Of a stretch of DNA of 64,000 nt, positions 13,388 through 26,401 are shown piece by piece. The position numbers and the translations under genes are program-made. Within the stretch, counting starts at the first letter, position 1; every line of letters starts with the position of its first letter. The stretch is from Octopus vulgaris. Taxonomy: Eukaryota. The notes beneath the pieces are model-generated. The model saw only the letters and a list, made by a program, of their open reading frames with translations, ran no database searches and was not told where the DNA came from. The stretch is taken from positions 64,790,001 to 64,854,000 of the forward strand of contig OX597832.1 of the NCBI GenBank assembly GCA_951406725.2, given 5' to 3'.

Positions 13388-15659
13388 AGGCATAAAAAAT
13401 GTATATAAAAATAAGATTTTTTGATTAATTCGATATATAGAAATGGTTTGAATGTTATTTTGGTTTATTTATGTAAATTATTGTCCTTGCGTTTTGTGTC
13501 GAAGTCTATGGTTGGCGCTGGAAGCTATGATGTTGGGGGTTAAATGGAGGAACTGTGGAAAATATTTGTTTTGCGTGTAAGCATCGGACTTTATTGAATA
13601 ATTATAGAAGGGTCAGAACCGCAGTTCAATAACGTTAATCGATCTACTGAGCTATTACCGAAACTTTCTTTCTCTTCCTACTTCTCGATCTGTGAACGCA
13701 GGGGTTGGGGCGTAAAGGTTTAGACTGGCGTCTATACTTATTTTACATGCATAACTATATTCATACATACACACCGATTCCGAGATACGTACTCTAAGAA
13801 CTTGCAAATAATTTCATTTATTCAATTTGGTTTCGGCTAATCTATCTGTCTGTTCGTGTTTTGGGAAGACGTGTGGCCTTTTCACTAGGGTGTAGAGTGC
13901 GTACTCTTAAGGACGTGTAGGCACGACTCCTGGAGTGGTCGGCTTACTGTTACCTTGCTCTGGACACATCATTACACGTTATTCCAGTCTACTCAACTAT
14001 AAGTGTGTATCAACCAAGAACTGGCGAAGTCCTTTCCTTCTAGCTATTATTTCTTAATGTCATGCTGAAGCAAACGTGAAGCTATCGACAGCGTTTCCAT
14101 GTCTATTCGCGACTATACAGGCACCTAATACAATTAGCGAAAGCATGATACAAGCTAACACATCCTTTCAGCCCGTTAGAGACAGTGATGCCGTTGCATA
14201 TTTACACATACCATGATGTATGTATATTTATACACGTACAGGTATACAATAAAATTATATATATTCTCTACATTATATGATTTGTGTTAATACAGTTCCA
14301 GTCTTTGCTTGCATCGCAATTTTTAGCAATGATACAAACACAGATAGCAAAACATTGACATTACTATATTTGTTAGGACGTATACTTGCGAGTGTGTGCG
14401 TGTGTAAGAGTATGTCTGTGCGAGAGTGTTTGCGCCTGTGTGTGAGTGAGCTTGAAGATGGCACATAATTGCTACTGTTCAGAACGATTATATTTGCCGG
14501 TCAGTATTTCCGGTAAACTCGTTGATGCTCTCCACTGTGAAACACCTTGCGGAAGAACTATGCTTCCTTACTCTCCAAAAACCATTTTTATATTCACCAG
14601 TGAAACATTTCTTCATTTTCTTCATTACACTGGCTCCTTTCATATTTTCTTTATTATTAGCAAAAAAGCCTTCAAGTCATCGAAGACGTGGTCTTTCAGT
14701 TTATTTCTATTACTTTTCTTCTATTAATTCAAATTCCAAAAAGGTATTTTATTTGCATTTCTTTGACTGCAGATACGGCTCATAAGCTGGAAACAAATCT
14801 TTTGTTCGTTGGTTCTAACGGAAAATTTCAAAGAAGACATTGCATGTGAGAGGTTAACTCCGTCTCAGTCACCGAAATCACACCGAGAATGGTTGGCTTT
14901 GAATTTTAATCGAGGTCTCTGTGGAAACGCTCTCCTCTCTTTTTACACCAGCCTGTATAAACTTTCGCTGTCTTTTCTAATCCCCACTCACGCCACCACA
15001 ACAACCACGGATTCGCAGTGTTGCTTTATTTCATTTTTTTCTTCATTATTTCGATCTTCTACGTTCTTTCTCTCGTTCTTGGTCAGTCTGTCTATATTTT
15101 TCATTCCATAACATTTCTGTAGCTATCTCTCTATTACTCCTCCTCTGTGTATGTGTGTATACATATATATATATGTCTATATCGCCCCTCTCTTACCTCT
15201 GTCTATATCCCTGTCCATATATCTCTCTCTCTATTACATCTATCTATCTCTATCACTTCCTCTCCCTCTATTTCTCTCCCTCTTTCTGTCTTTCTCTGTC
15301 TGTATCTCCCTCGGTCACTCACTTCTTATATCCTGCCCCCTGTCTGCCTCTCTCCTCATCCTCCGTCACCTTTCAGCATTTATTTATATCTTTCAACAGT
15401 TCGGCAGAAAAATAAATGAATAAATAAATAAACAAATGAAAGTTCAACAAACAATCGATGAAGTTTTTATTTCTTCGTAAAGGCCGTTAACCAGTTTACA
15501 AGTGAGAGATCAATGAAATGATCAACTTCAAATACCTATCGATTTACAAACTGATCACTAAAACATTTAAAAGCAACAACACTCGCAAATACAAACAAAG
15601 AACGTAAAAAAATAAACAAATTAAAGATGATAATAGTAATAATGATAAAAATGCTTTAA

Positions 15660-15867
15660 AGTTTTGGCACAAGGCCAGCAATTTTAAGGGAGGGGTAATG
15701 TCAGTTTTATCGACTCTAGTACCATAGTGGCACTTCTTTTATGGACCACCGAAAGGATGAAAGGCAAAATCAACCACAGCGGAATTTGAACTCAGAACGT
15801 AAGACGGACGAAATGCCACGAAGCGTATTGTCCGACGATACTAACGATTTGGCCAGCTCGCCGCCTT
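15660..15867 (-). mobile_element. SINE family B, followed by (AAT)n(CAT)n at 15868-15954
   Basis: Reverse complement starts aaggcggcgagctggc, as at 19405. Confidence 0.8.
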
Positions 15868-15882
15868 AATAATAATAATAAC

Positions 15883-15957
<75 letters not shown>

Positions 15958-16430
15958 TTTTACTCTAGTAAAAAGGATTATTATTATTATTACCTTTATG
16001 TCATTGAGCCGCACACTCACGAAAGGATAAACGACAAAGTCGGCCTCGGCGGAATAATGATGCTGATGCTGATGATGATTTAAAATAAAATTGAATGAAA
16101 AAGCAAAACTGCATTGAACGAAGACTATATTTCAGAATAAAATAAAATAAAATAAAAACTAAGGGTATGAAATACGAATGATTGAAATATAAAACAATTT
16201 AAGATTTAAATATAAAATAAAATAACATGTACTAATTTGAAATAAAATAAGCTATAATATAATTAAATTAATTATAAGGTAAAATATAATGAAGTATTAT
16301 AAAATAAAATGTGATGAAATAATAATAAGAGATAAATTGAAATATAACTGTTTCAAAATTTTTCCATAAAGTCATCAATTATAGAGGAGTTGGTGGGAGG
16401 GGGTTAGTCGACTCCAGTACTTATTAAATC

Positions 16431-16640
16431 TGGTAATTATTTTGTCTCTTTTACTGAACTGTTATGACCTGGGGACGTAAACAACCCAACACCACATTTG
16501 CCATGGTAGGACACACAAATGCATATCTATAAACACGACAGACTTCCACGTAGCTTCCCGTCTATCAAATTCGAACCAGGGTGTACTAGAAAACACTCGT
16601 TCAAGCTACTGCGCAGTGGGTCCACGTGGACTGCAAAGCT
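16431..16640 (-). mobile_element. SINE family A, degenerate
   Basis: ggggacgtaaacaacc, tctatcaaattc and accacgcagccatgc match family A in reverse. Confidence 0.65.
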
Positions 16641-16879
16641 TCTAAACCACGCAGCCATGCAAAATAAATATCAAAACATTATCAAGTAAAATAATAAAAA
16701 AAAAGAAAACTAATAAATCAACACAAAACAATTACGAAGCGAAAAAAGCAACTTTTTTGAAAATTTGATCTGTGCATAATCGATATTTCACATTTATTGG
16801 TTAACTTGGTTAAGTTGAATGTTTCGAGTTTTTGGTAACACGTTTGAAGTTGTTTTTATTGATGGTTGCTATTGTTGTA

Positions 16880-17590
16880 GTTGTTGTTGTTGCGGTCTTT
16901 TAGTTGTAGGTCAAACCTGATTGACTGGAGCTATGATCAAAAGCATACCTGCCTTCACCATCATTTTGCTTTGCTTAAAGAATTTCAGACCATTTAAAAC
17001 AACTTGTCTTTAAAATGTGCTGTTTGGAGATTTGGTTGCTATTTTCAGTAATTCAAATGGTCACAGAGAGGATCACATATTAGTTGTTGTTTTGCTGTTC
17101 AGGCGAAACTCTGATCAAAGTCATACCAACCGTGACCATCTCATAGTTTCCTTATGATAAGAGATAATTGCCATTTCAAACAACGTGTCTTGAGATAGTG
17201 GAAATTTGATTGCTATTTCTAGCAATTCAATCGACCACCTAGAGGTTCTCTCGTAGTCCTTAACAGAAATTGCATAGCAGTAGCTTCTTGTTGGCGTTAT
17301 TGATCCTTGAGCATAACTTGACGGAGATTTGACCGCTGTTTCTAGAATGTCGTGGTGGGGTGGACGACGACATTAAGGATCCCTCGATAATTCATTCATG
17401 TTTCGCACAAGGTCAGCTATAGGTGCGCCGACAAGTGTCCAACAGCATTCCAGCCATAATCATCACAGCATTTTCTAAACGGAAAATATGGCCATCTCTT
17501 TGTAACATTTCTAGTATATGGTTAAAGGAAACTTTACTGCTATGTCTAATATTTTCAACAACCATACAGCAAGTGCATTGTTGTTGTTCT
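16880..17590. repeat. 3-4 degenerate tandem units (~170-200 bp) of an interspersed repeat
   Basis: Recurring motifs tgatcaaa..catacc..ccatc, ccatttaaaacaac.tgtctt and ggagatttg.ttgctatttctag, separated by (TTG)n. Confidence 0.6.
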
Positions 17591-18399
17591 CGTTGTTATT
17601 CTTGTACGTTCGTGCTGTTGTAACCTTATTCCTTTCTACTCTAAGCACAAGGCCCGACATTTTTGGGTAGGAGACCAGTCGATTAGATCGACCCCAGTAC
17701 GCAACTGGTACTTAATTTATCGATTCCGAAAACTATTTCTGCAGTTGTTATATATCAGTCTTTGGAGTTTCTTCTTGCAGTCCTCACTTCTATGCGCGCG
17801 TGTGTGTGTGTATATATTTCTGCGATGATACTTGTGTGGGAGGGCGTGCACGTTCACATGAGTTTATACGTGATTTTGTGCGTGCGTATGTTTGTATGCA
17901 CGCAGGTGTCCGAGACGAATTTCTTCTTTTATTTCCGATACATACACACACACATATATAATATTGTGGGAGTGACGACACCCTCCACAAGGCACATTCT
18001 ACTTCTCCCTTTAAATAACATGTTTCAGTCTCTCAGGAGGAGCAATCTATCTTTCTGACCTGCAATTTCTATGAGAATATGAAGTCTAAGGATTCTGCCA
18101 GGTTGTCGCCTTTAATAATACTAATAAGAATTATTATTATTATGCTTTCTGATTGAAACACAAGACCAGGAATTTTAGAGGGAGAGAATTACTCAATACA
18201 ATCAAGAGAAGTACTCCGACTGGTACTTTCAAAGGACAAACAAGACAAGAAACGAACTTGTTGGAAGAATAAACAAGTACACGTTAGAAATACATAAAAA
18301 AGCAAAATTGACCTCGGCAGAATTTGAACCCAGAATGAGCAGACGGATGACATGCCGCTAAGCATTTTGCCAGCTCACCGCCTTAATAATAATAATAAT

Positions 18400-18732
18400 A
18401 ACAAGAGCACCCAGAGAGCGCAAACCTCCGCCAGGGCAACACCATGTCCTCTTAGCGATTAGCTGGAGATGATTTTTAAAATGAGAATATCTGCTCTCAC
18501 AAACGAGGATATTAAAAAGGAAATCAACCGCTCTCAAAAATTAAGTAAAATATCAGGAACAACAATCCAGAATCCTTGTTCTGTACCAAGTCGATCCCAA
18601 AATCAAATCAGTTCGTGCCAGTCATGAGGCCAAACATCCCTGAAATCTTCATCCAAATCTATCTTGTCCACGGACAAACAAACAAACGCTACCGAAACAA
18701 TATCTCCACTTAACCAAAAGCGGAGGTAATAA
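18400..18732 (-). mobile_element. DINE-1/HINE-like non-autonomous Helentron element
   Basis: Minus strand begins ttattacctccgc...gtggag, then a (GTTT)n microsatellite, the inverted subterminal repeat ggcggaggt, and a 3' stem-loop gcgctc-tct-gggtgc before a T-rich end. This is the DINE-1/HINE architecture. Confidence 0.7.
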
Positions 18733-19404
18733 TGGTTTCAAATTTTGCCACAAGGACAGAAATTTGGGGGAAGAGGATGAGTCGATTACATGGACCCCAG
18801 TGATCAACTGGTACTTATGTTATCGATCCCGAAAGAAGGAACGGTAAAGTCGACCTCAGCGGAATTTGAACGCTAAATATAGAGACGAGCGAAATACCGC
18901 TAAGCATTTCATCCAGCGCGCTAATGATTCTGCCAGTTCGCCACCTTAAGAATAATAATAACCGTAATAATTTCGGTACAAGGACAACAATTTTTAGGGG
19001 AGGCATTAATCGTTTACATTGATCCCAATACAAATCTGGTGCTGTATTTTATTGGTCCCAAAATGTTGAAATGCAAAGCTCACCTCTGCAGGATTTGAAC
19101 TGGAAACGGAAAGAATCTGAACTTTCAAAGCGTTTGTTTTGACGTTCAAGTGATTCTGCTTCTTCACCATTCTCTTCAGAAGAGATTTTGATTAAAGTGC
19201 AAGTGGACTGGACGAAACCGTCGACCACAGTAGGTGACTGGTATCATTTTATGTTGTCCACGAATAAATAAAATATAATTAAACGCAGCGTGATTTGAAC
19301 TGAGAACCTTAAGAATTGCAAGAAATATCACAAAGCGTTTTGTTTGATGCCCTTCTGAATCTGTCAGCCCACCGCCTGTTGCATGACAAGAATAAAAATT
19401 CTTT

Positions 19405-19787
19405 AAGGCGGCGAGCTGGTAGAAACCTTAGCACGCCGGGCGAAATGCGTAACCGTATTTCGTCTGCCGTTACGTTCTGAGTTCAAATTCCACCGAGGTC
19501 AACTTAGTCTTTCATCCTTTCGGGGTCAATTAAATAAGTACCAGTTACGCACTGGGGTCGATGTAATCGACTTAATCCGTTTGTCTGTCATTGTTTGTCC
19601 CCTCTATGTTTAGCCCCTTGTGGGCAGTAAAGAAATAGGTATATCGTCTGCCTTTACGTTCTGAGTTCAAATTCCACCGAGGTCGACTTTGCCTTTCATC
19701 CTTTCGAGGTCGATAAATTAGGTAACAGTTGCGTACTGAAGTCGATCTAATCAAAAATTTCGGGCCTTGTACATAGAGTAGAAAAGA
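19405..19787 (+). mobile_element. SINE family B, best-preserved copy with internal duplication of the central domain
   Basis: Head aaggcggcgagctgg. The motif gttctgagttcaaattccaccgaggtc.actt.g.ctttcatcctttcg occurs twice. Confidence 0.9.
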
Positions 19788-20903
19788 ATAATGAAAATTC
19801 GAAATTTTAAAACAAGTCGAGTAATGTTTTAGAAGGGAAAGAGTTCCACGATTACATTGACCCCGGTGCTCAATTGGCACTTATTTTGTTAAGTCCGAAA
19901 TGATGAAAGAGAAAGTCACCCTTGGTGGATTTTTGACCAAATTATGTAAAGAACCAGAAGAAATACCGCTTGGTATTTATCACGACGCACCACTTATTCT
20001 TTCATCTTTTTAGCATTTTTCAAAATAATAATATTTTACTATAGGAGCATGATGATTACTCCTGTATGAAACTGGTATTAATTTTATCAACCCTTAAATG
20101 ATGAAGTACAAGTTTGACCTCAGTTAATACTTGTACTTGAAGTGTTAAACGTAAAAATTTATAATTCGTATTCCATTTTCTTTTAATGAAAAAAATCCGT
20201 TTATTTCCTTAAATTCAATTTATTTTTTGTTTCAAATTACCAATTTAAAGTTTATTTTTTCATCTTTCCACTCTTTCGTTAGATGCAAATACCACAAGTT
20301 TTATCAATTAGACCTTTCAAAAGATACGAATGAAATAGATGAAGAAACTATAGACAGCTTGCTACTATTGCCAAGAAATTAGTACACTGAAAACAAAATA
20401 AAACATTATCTGAACAAAATTAACGACAACAAAAAGAAATTTCCACAACAAAAACGATGACCGAAAATAAATAATTTTTTTCAGATATTTCAGGTATTAG
20501 TAATTATATAAATTCTGTTTTATTGTAATGCAGCGTTGAAAGATTGTGCAAATTCCTGCCTGTCCACTTAGAACACTGTTCTAAATTCTATTGTAGGTCA
20601 TTTCTCGGATATTTTATAATGAATTGAAGTTCTCTTGGGAATTAACGTTTTCGTTTTTCTCATAAAACATGAAGTCGACAATACATTGAAAGCAGCCATT
20701 TTTCATGAGCGACACTCCTGCTAAGTTTACTTCTTGTTCGTGCCACTGAGTGACGAGTGACCGGGAGCGAATAAGTACTAAGTATTTACTTTTTACGGTC
20801 ACTGCGTCAAGTTTTTGTCCAATAACAATAGGATATACACAATATTATCACACACACACATGTTTACATGTACACAAAATACCATGTATGTATATATATA
20901 TAC

Positions 20904-20946
<43 letters not shown>

Positions 20947-21793
20947 CAAAGTACTATTTATATATATAAAATATTCATTATGTATATATATATATATATG
21001 TACAAAGTACTATTTATATATATAAAGTCTTCATTATATATTTATATACAATACCATGTATAAGTGTAGTTTTTAGGAACGAAATACGTACAAAATATAC
21101 GTACAGAACATTAATATCACGCTAGTTATTCAATGCATTATTCAATTCCTGGTGTAATTTATCGCCGAGCCGAGGTTGGACATTTTACTTTGTAGGACAT
21201 AATTTCACAAAACGTATGAACTTTCTTTATAGATATTATTTAAAAGGTCTTGCTCTTTTCAGTTGCTGTAGAAAGTAGCAGGGTTTAGAAATTAAACTAT
21301 CAGGCAACAATGTAGATATATTTACGTATGTGACAGACGTTATTTGTTTTGTTCTTGTAAATCGACGGTTTGGTAACCCGTAAATACTTGGTTCGTATTC
21401 ACTCAAGGAATCTGTAACTCTTTCAGTCTTAAATGCATGCTTTTAATATATTTCGCTTTATTCTTCCATTTATAAAAACTGTAGCCAGATCCTGATTGTT
21501 TCTTTACTGGTGCTCTTTCAATACCATTCGAATTCAAAAGCGACTTTCTACGAAGGACGGTTCCTGTTTTGCCAACTAAATTTCAACCCATCTACATTCA
21601 CCTTAACATTGTCTACAAATGCTTCGATGAACGTTGTTCTGTTGTTTCTGATCTGAAAGTTTACCTTTCGACGGAGCTCATCTCTCGACTATTTCTCAAC
21701 CTTTCAATATAGTACCATTTTTATTAAAAGAATTTATGTGTTAGTATATATCTAATTTATGAAACTCATCTTCGATTTTCCCCACATTTCTCT

Positions 21794-21829
<36 letters not shown>

Positions 21830-22653
21830 GCGTGTATGTGTGTGTGTGTAAATTTACGTCGTTGCCAAATTGTTTCATGTCAAAAATACATAGGTATCAT
21901 AGGATGAGAAATTTGAAACAACTGTGTTTATAAATAAATTTATTATTTTGCATCGCATAGTAGTCATGTTAGTTTTTAGGACAATTCCTCGTTAAAGGAC
22001 CAAGTGTTTATCATTTACTAACACTGTTAGTCCTCTTTTGGCAGCTATACCTCAGCCTTTCACTATTCCACGAGACATTGCCTGTGCCTTCATATACTTT
22101 CATGGGTGTTTACTTGATGTTACTTATCGACAGAATCTCTCCCTCCTCTCACAATTCTTATACTTACATCGCTGTCCCTATTTTTAAATAATTTCCAACA
22201 CATTCGTTGCTTGGTGATTTTATTACTGGTTAGTTGCGGTCTTGTTGGGATAGTAACCTACTCTTAAAATGGACGAAGAAGTAGGATAGGGAAAAGAAGT
22301 AATGCTAACTCAAGAGAAACTCGTCTCTTTTAATATAGGAACAATCTGCCAAAAAACTATGGGAAGCTACTAAGAAGCATAGTAAACTAAAGTCTGGTGG
22401 CCGCAGAAAGCTGAAAAGTTGAATACTATTCCTAACATTATCCTTGAAGATATTGGTGTATACATACATACACTTTTACAAGAGGTGTCACAGTAACTTT
22501 GAGGTTTCGGCTGCACACCTTCGTCAAAATGTCAGACTGCTAGCAGAGCGAAACCCCAAAGACACTCAGTCACACTTCTTCCGAAATTCTAACGAATGGA
22601 ATAATTTGTTTGTATAATGTTAAATAAAAACAAACCACACATATACACAAACA

Positions 22654-22998
22654 TGTGTGTTAAGAAGCTTGCTGCCGCACCACAGAGCGCCTTCGGCAAG
22701 TGTCTTCTGCTGTTTATTCGGGGCGACCAAGGGCTTGTGAGGTGATTTGGAAAACGGAAACTGATAGAAGCTCGTCGTACTTGCGTGTGTGTTTTAGTCT
22801 TCCCCTACCGTATGACAACTGACACTCGTGTGTTTACGTGCCCGTAACTTAGCGATTAAGCAAACAGAACCGATAGCATAAGTTCCATGCTTAAAAATAT
22901 TGAAGTACAAGGGTCGATTCCTTCAACTAAAAATTCTTCATGGTGGTGCCCCAGCATGGCCGCGGTTTTAACGACTAAAACAAGTAAAAGGCAAAAGA
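22654..22998 (+). mobile_element. SINE family A
   Basis: ggcaagtgtcttctgct...acggaaactga...ccagcatggccgc...aaacaagtaaaa. Confidence 0.85.
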
Positions 22999-24020
22999 TG
23001 TATACAGAAAGATTTACAAGAAAATCGCATGGCTGATTAAAAATGTATTAAGAATTCATAACAACACAAATGGATGGCCTTACGCGAAATGTAATCAAAG
23101 GACTTATATCTAATTACCGCAGCGATGTGCTGCGCATGTGTGGAGGTTGCCTGTAGATTATTTGTTCAAAGCGATTATATTTGTCCGTACCTAATACCGA
23201 TTTCTGATATCTGTTTCTGATATGATGTCCTGATGAAGAGAGGAAATGTCAACACTTCTGTCAGAAATACATTATTGATTAGTGAATTATGAGGAGGAGA
23301 TTACGACCTCAGCAATGTTTGCATATAGAATGCAAAAAGACTATTGAATAGCAGAAGGTATTCACTGCAGCACTAAAAGTATCTCTATGATCAGTCGGAC
23401 TTTATGCAACGAAATTTTGCTGAAATTGTGTAGAGAAGGAAAAAAAATGAAAACAAATTAATGGAAATTGTAAACGAATGTTTTAACTGTCATCATGATT
23501 TTTATACACACAAAATATATTTTGTTTATACATATTATGTGTTATATATGTGTGTGTGTATACGTTGCTATATTCGTGCTTATATATATGTACACTTCAT
23601 GTTTATTTTCATCTCATGTTCTATATAAAAATAATTTAACATTAAACTGAAGATTAACCAGTACATTTTTGTAGGGTATATATAACTAGTATATGTACAG
23701 TCAACACCTTCTATACACACACACACATCTGTATACATACATATATATATATTATATACACATATTTATATATATATGCACATTTACATATAAACGTGCA
23801 TACATGCATTAAATGACATTTTGATGGTTACTCCAAAGTATTGCCAGGTGAATGGAACACTCATGCTTTGCCCATTTCAAAACTTCGAATCACTCGCAAT
23901 AAATTATTAAAATGATCAAATTCTACTTTTACATTTAGTCTTTCATCTGCTTAATGTTTATTGCTTTTATGGTTTTAAACTTTAGCACTCAAAACACACT
24001 CACACATGTTTGTGTGTGTG

Positions 24021-24078
<58 letters not shown>

Positions 24079-24431
24079 CAATAAATTTTAGTGCATCAGC
24101 GAATATGACGTTACAGTTTATACTCAATCCTGACGAGACTCCTAAAAGAGTAATACAAAGGAAAACAAACCAAATCGAGTAAGAATTAGTTTCTAAAATT
24201 ATTGATTAACTGTTAAAGAGGAAGCGGGTTCCAGTGTGATGTGATCTTACAGTCATTCAGACGCCTTATCTGTTAATTCGAGTGTTATAGATATCGATCC
24301 ACATATCCGTGCATTTGTTTGTAGCAATAGATAGAGAGAAGGAGAGGCGGTGAGAAAGAGAGAGAGAGAGAGAGAGCAAATGTGTGTGTGTGACAGAGGG
24401 AAATAGACGGAGATGTGTGTGTGTTCACGCG

Positions 24432-24530
<99 letters not shown>

Positions 24531-25902
24531 TTGGGAGAGATACAGCGGTCGTCTCACTAACACGTTCCGTTTAATCAAGCGAGTAATGTAACTGATAAAC
24601 GATATATGTGTATGAATAAGTGTGTCGCTTAGGCATAGCAACAAGCATTATTGAAGTATATCTTTATATATATATGTACTGTATATAAAAAGAACATTAA
24701 TTGTGAATAAAAACAGTAACAAATGGTTCCTAACAATAGGCAAAAGACCATCCATATTCAGTGTTTGGTGATGAGGCGTTAAATCGATTTAATATAAACC
24801 TCGTTCAGGTGACTCATTCTTTCGATCATTGATCAGAGAAGGAGGAATGGTGAAGCTGACTTCCAAGGGAGTTGATCTGTGAATCTTACAATCCATGGTA
24901 TCGATATTCTATGGATTTTGGAAATTGACACCTAAAGGCCAGAAGAGGTGAACGACGGAGGTTCTGGTGTATTTCATTAGTTATTCTATCGACGGAGCGG
25001 AAATGTTACAGGCACAATCGATCACCGTGGGACATGAACTCAGAGTTTGTCTTAGAAAGGAATTAAATACCGCATCGTATTTCGTGAACCAAGTTACCGG
25101 TTCTGCTAATTCGCCCATCTGCGAGAACATTGATTTCCAGAAATTACACAAACCATCATATTATGTCGAATTAAATCGACACGAGTTAATCTGTGGTACT
25201 TCTTTTTATTGATTCCTATATTGATGAAAGCCAAAAACACTTTTTCAGAATGTCTGGACCACTAAAAGGGTCGAATGTATACTCAATTGAAAAAACCCTT
25301 CTAAATGCTCGTATCAGAGTGGGCTTTGCTAAACTCATGCGAAGGTATCCAGTGTAGTGTTAAACAAGGTGGAGCTTTACGCCTGTCACTGAAAAACAAG
25401 GATGAAACTTCCGAATGGCTTTCAAACCTTTTTTGTGTTCCAAATTTCGTACACAATATTTTGGCCGATCCGATATCAATGTTCATGGTGCTACAGAGTG
25501 GGATCGAGCGTGAAGCAACCATACTGTAACACAGACAAGTTAACAATTCTGCCACACTTGTACTCCATTAAAGAACCACTACTATATATTGTACAGCGTT
25601 AAAAACATACAGTTATATAAGAGTATTTATAACTATACTGAACTGACTGTTACACTATATTACATTATGGGATGATACACTCATAAATTGTAGTGTTTTA
25701 AATTTGTCTGAAATCAATTTCTAGTATACAATACTTCAATAAACTTGTTTAGTTCAACAAGGAAAGCATACACAAACTATAGACCATGAAAAATACAATA
25801 AAATAAACAAACTGTAAACAAGAAAAATTCGTTAGACCCAACATTTCTTCCATCTTGTGTAAATCGTGAGCACAATCAATGACCTTAAAACGCAGACGAT
25901 AG

Positions 25903-25968
25903 TTTGGCGCCAAAATTCGATAGTTAGCTGATGACTCAGTGTATCATTCGATCCGCCATGTTTATTGG
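25903..25968 (-). promoter_or_regulatory. Promoter-like motif cluster: E2F palindrome, AP-1, YY1, CCAAT
   Basis: TTTGGCGCCAAA 25903-25914, TGACTCA 25932-25938, CCGCCATGTT 25953-25962 and ATTGG 25964-25968, all in non-repeat sequence. Confidence 0.45.
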
Positions 25969-26358
25969 GACAAAATTACAAGGAAATGCTGAGATATGTT
26001 AAATAGGTTTAATATTATATTCACCTTCAAGCTATGCTTGATTAGTTCACATTATTGCCTGTCTCTGTCAACAAGTCTAATGAAGCATTAAAAAGAAAAC
26101 GAACTTATAGAATCCTCAAATACACACACACACACACACACTTATGTATACACACACGGACACACACTGCAAAATACAGTATTATACACAAAACATTCAC
26201 AAACATAAAAAATGTGCACACAAAAAATAAGGACGCATAAATACAGAGGAATGAGGATAAATCAATTTTACAACCTGCCTATTTATTTATTCTTGTGTTA
26301 TCTGCAATAATAATGTTTAGTAGTTTTACCTCTATAAACTTATGCAAACACATAATCA

Positions 26359-26401
<43 letters not shown>

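Larger units (their letters stand above)
17625..20120. mobile_element. Cluster of about 8 SINE family B copies or fragments in both orientations
   Basis: Minus copies at ~17625-17730, 18145-18385, 18735-18947, 18970-19150, 19210-19378, 19795-19990 and 20040-20120; plus copy at 19405-19787. Confidence 0.8.

Noticed and set aside
14458-14505. Possible first coding exon aagATGGCA...CCG|gtcagt (MAHNCYCSERLYLP)
   Set aside because: Short, no recognisable homology and no linked downstream exon identified.
21548-21688. Minus-strand stop-free stretch SRDELRRKVNFQIRNNRTTFIEAFVDNVKVNVDGLKFSWQNRNRPS
   Set aside because: Bounded by stops with no ATG or good acceptor. It may be an old LINE tail but cannot be assigned.
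23225-23275. Functional hammerhead or C/D snoRNA at CTGATGA (also ~1598, ~10024, ~24130, ~45138, ~52782)
   Set aside because: The core heptamer or a near match is present, but GAAA, stem III or stem I is missing or disrupted. At best these are decayed relics, so they are not called as features.
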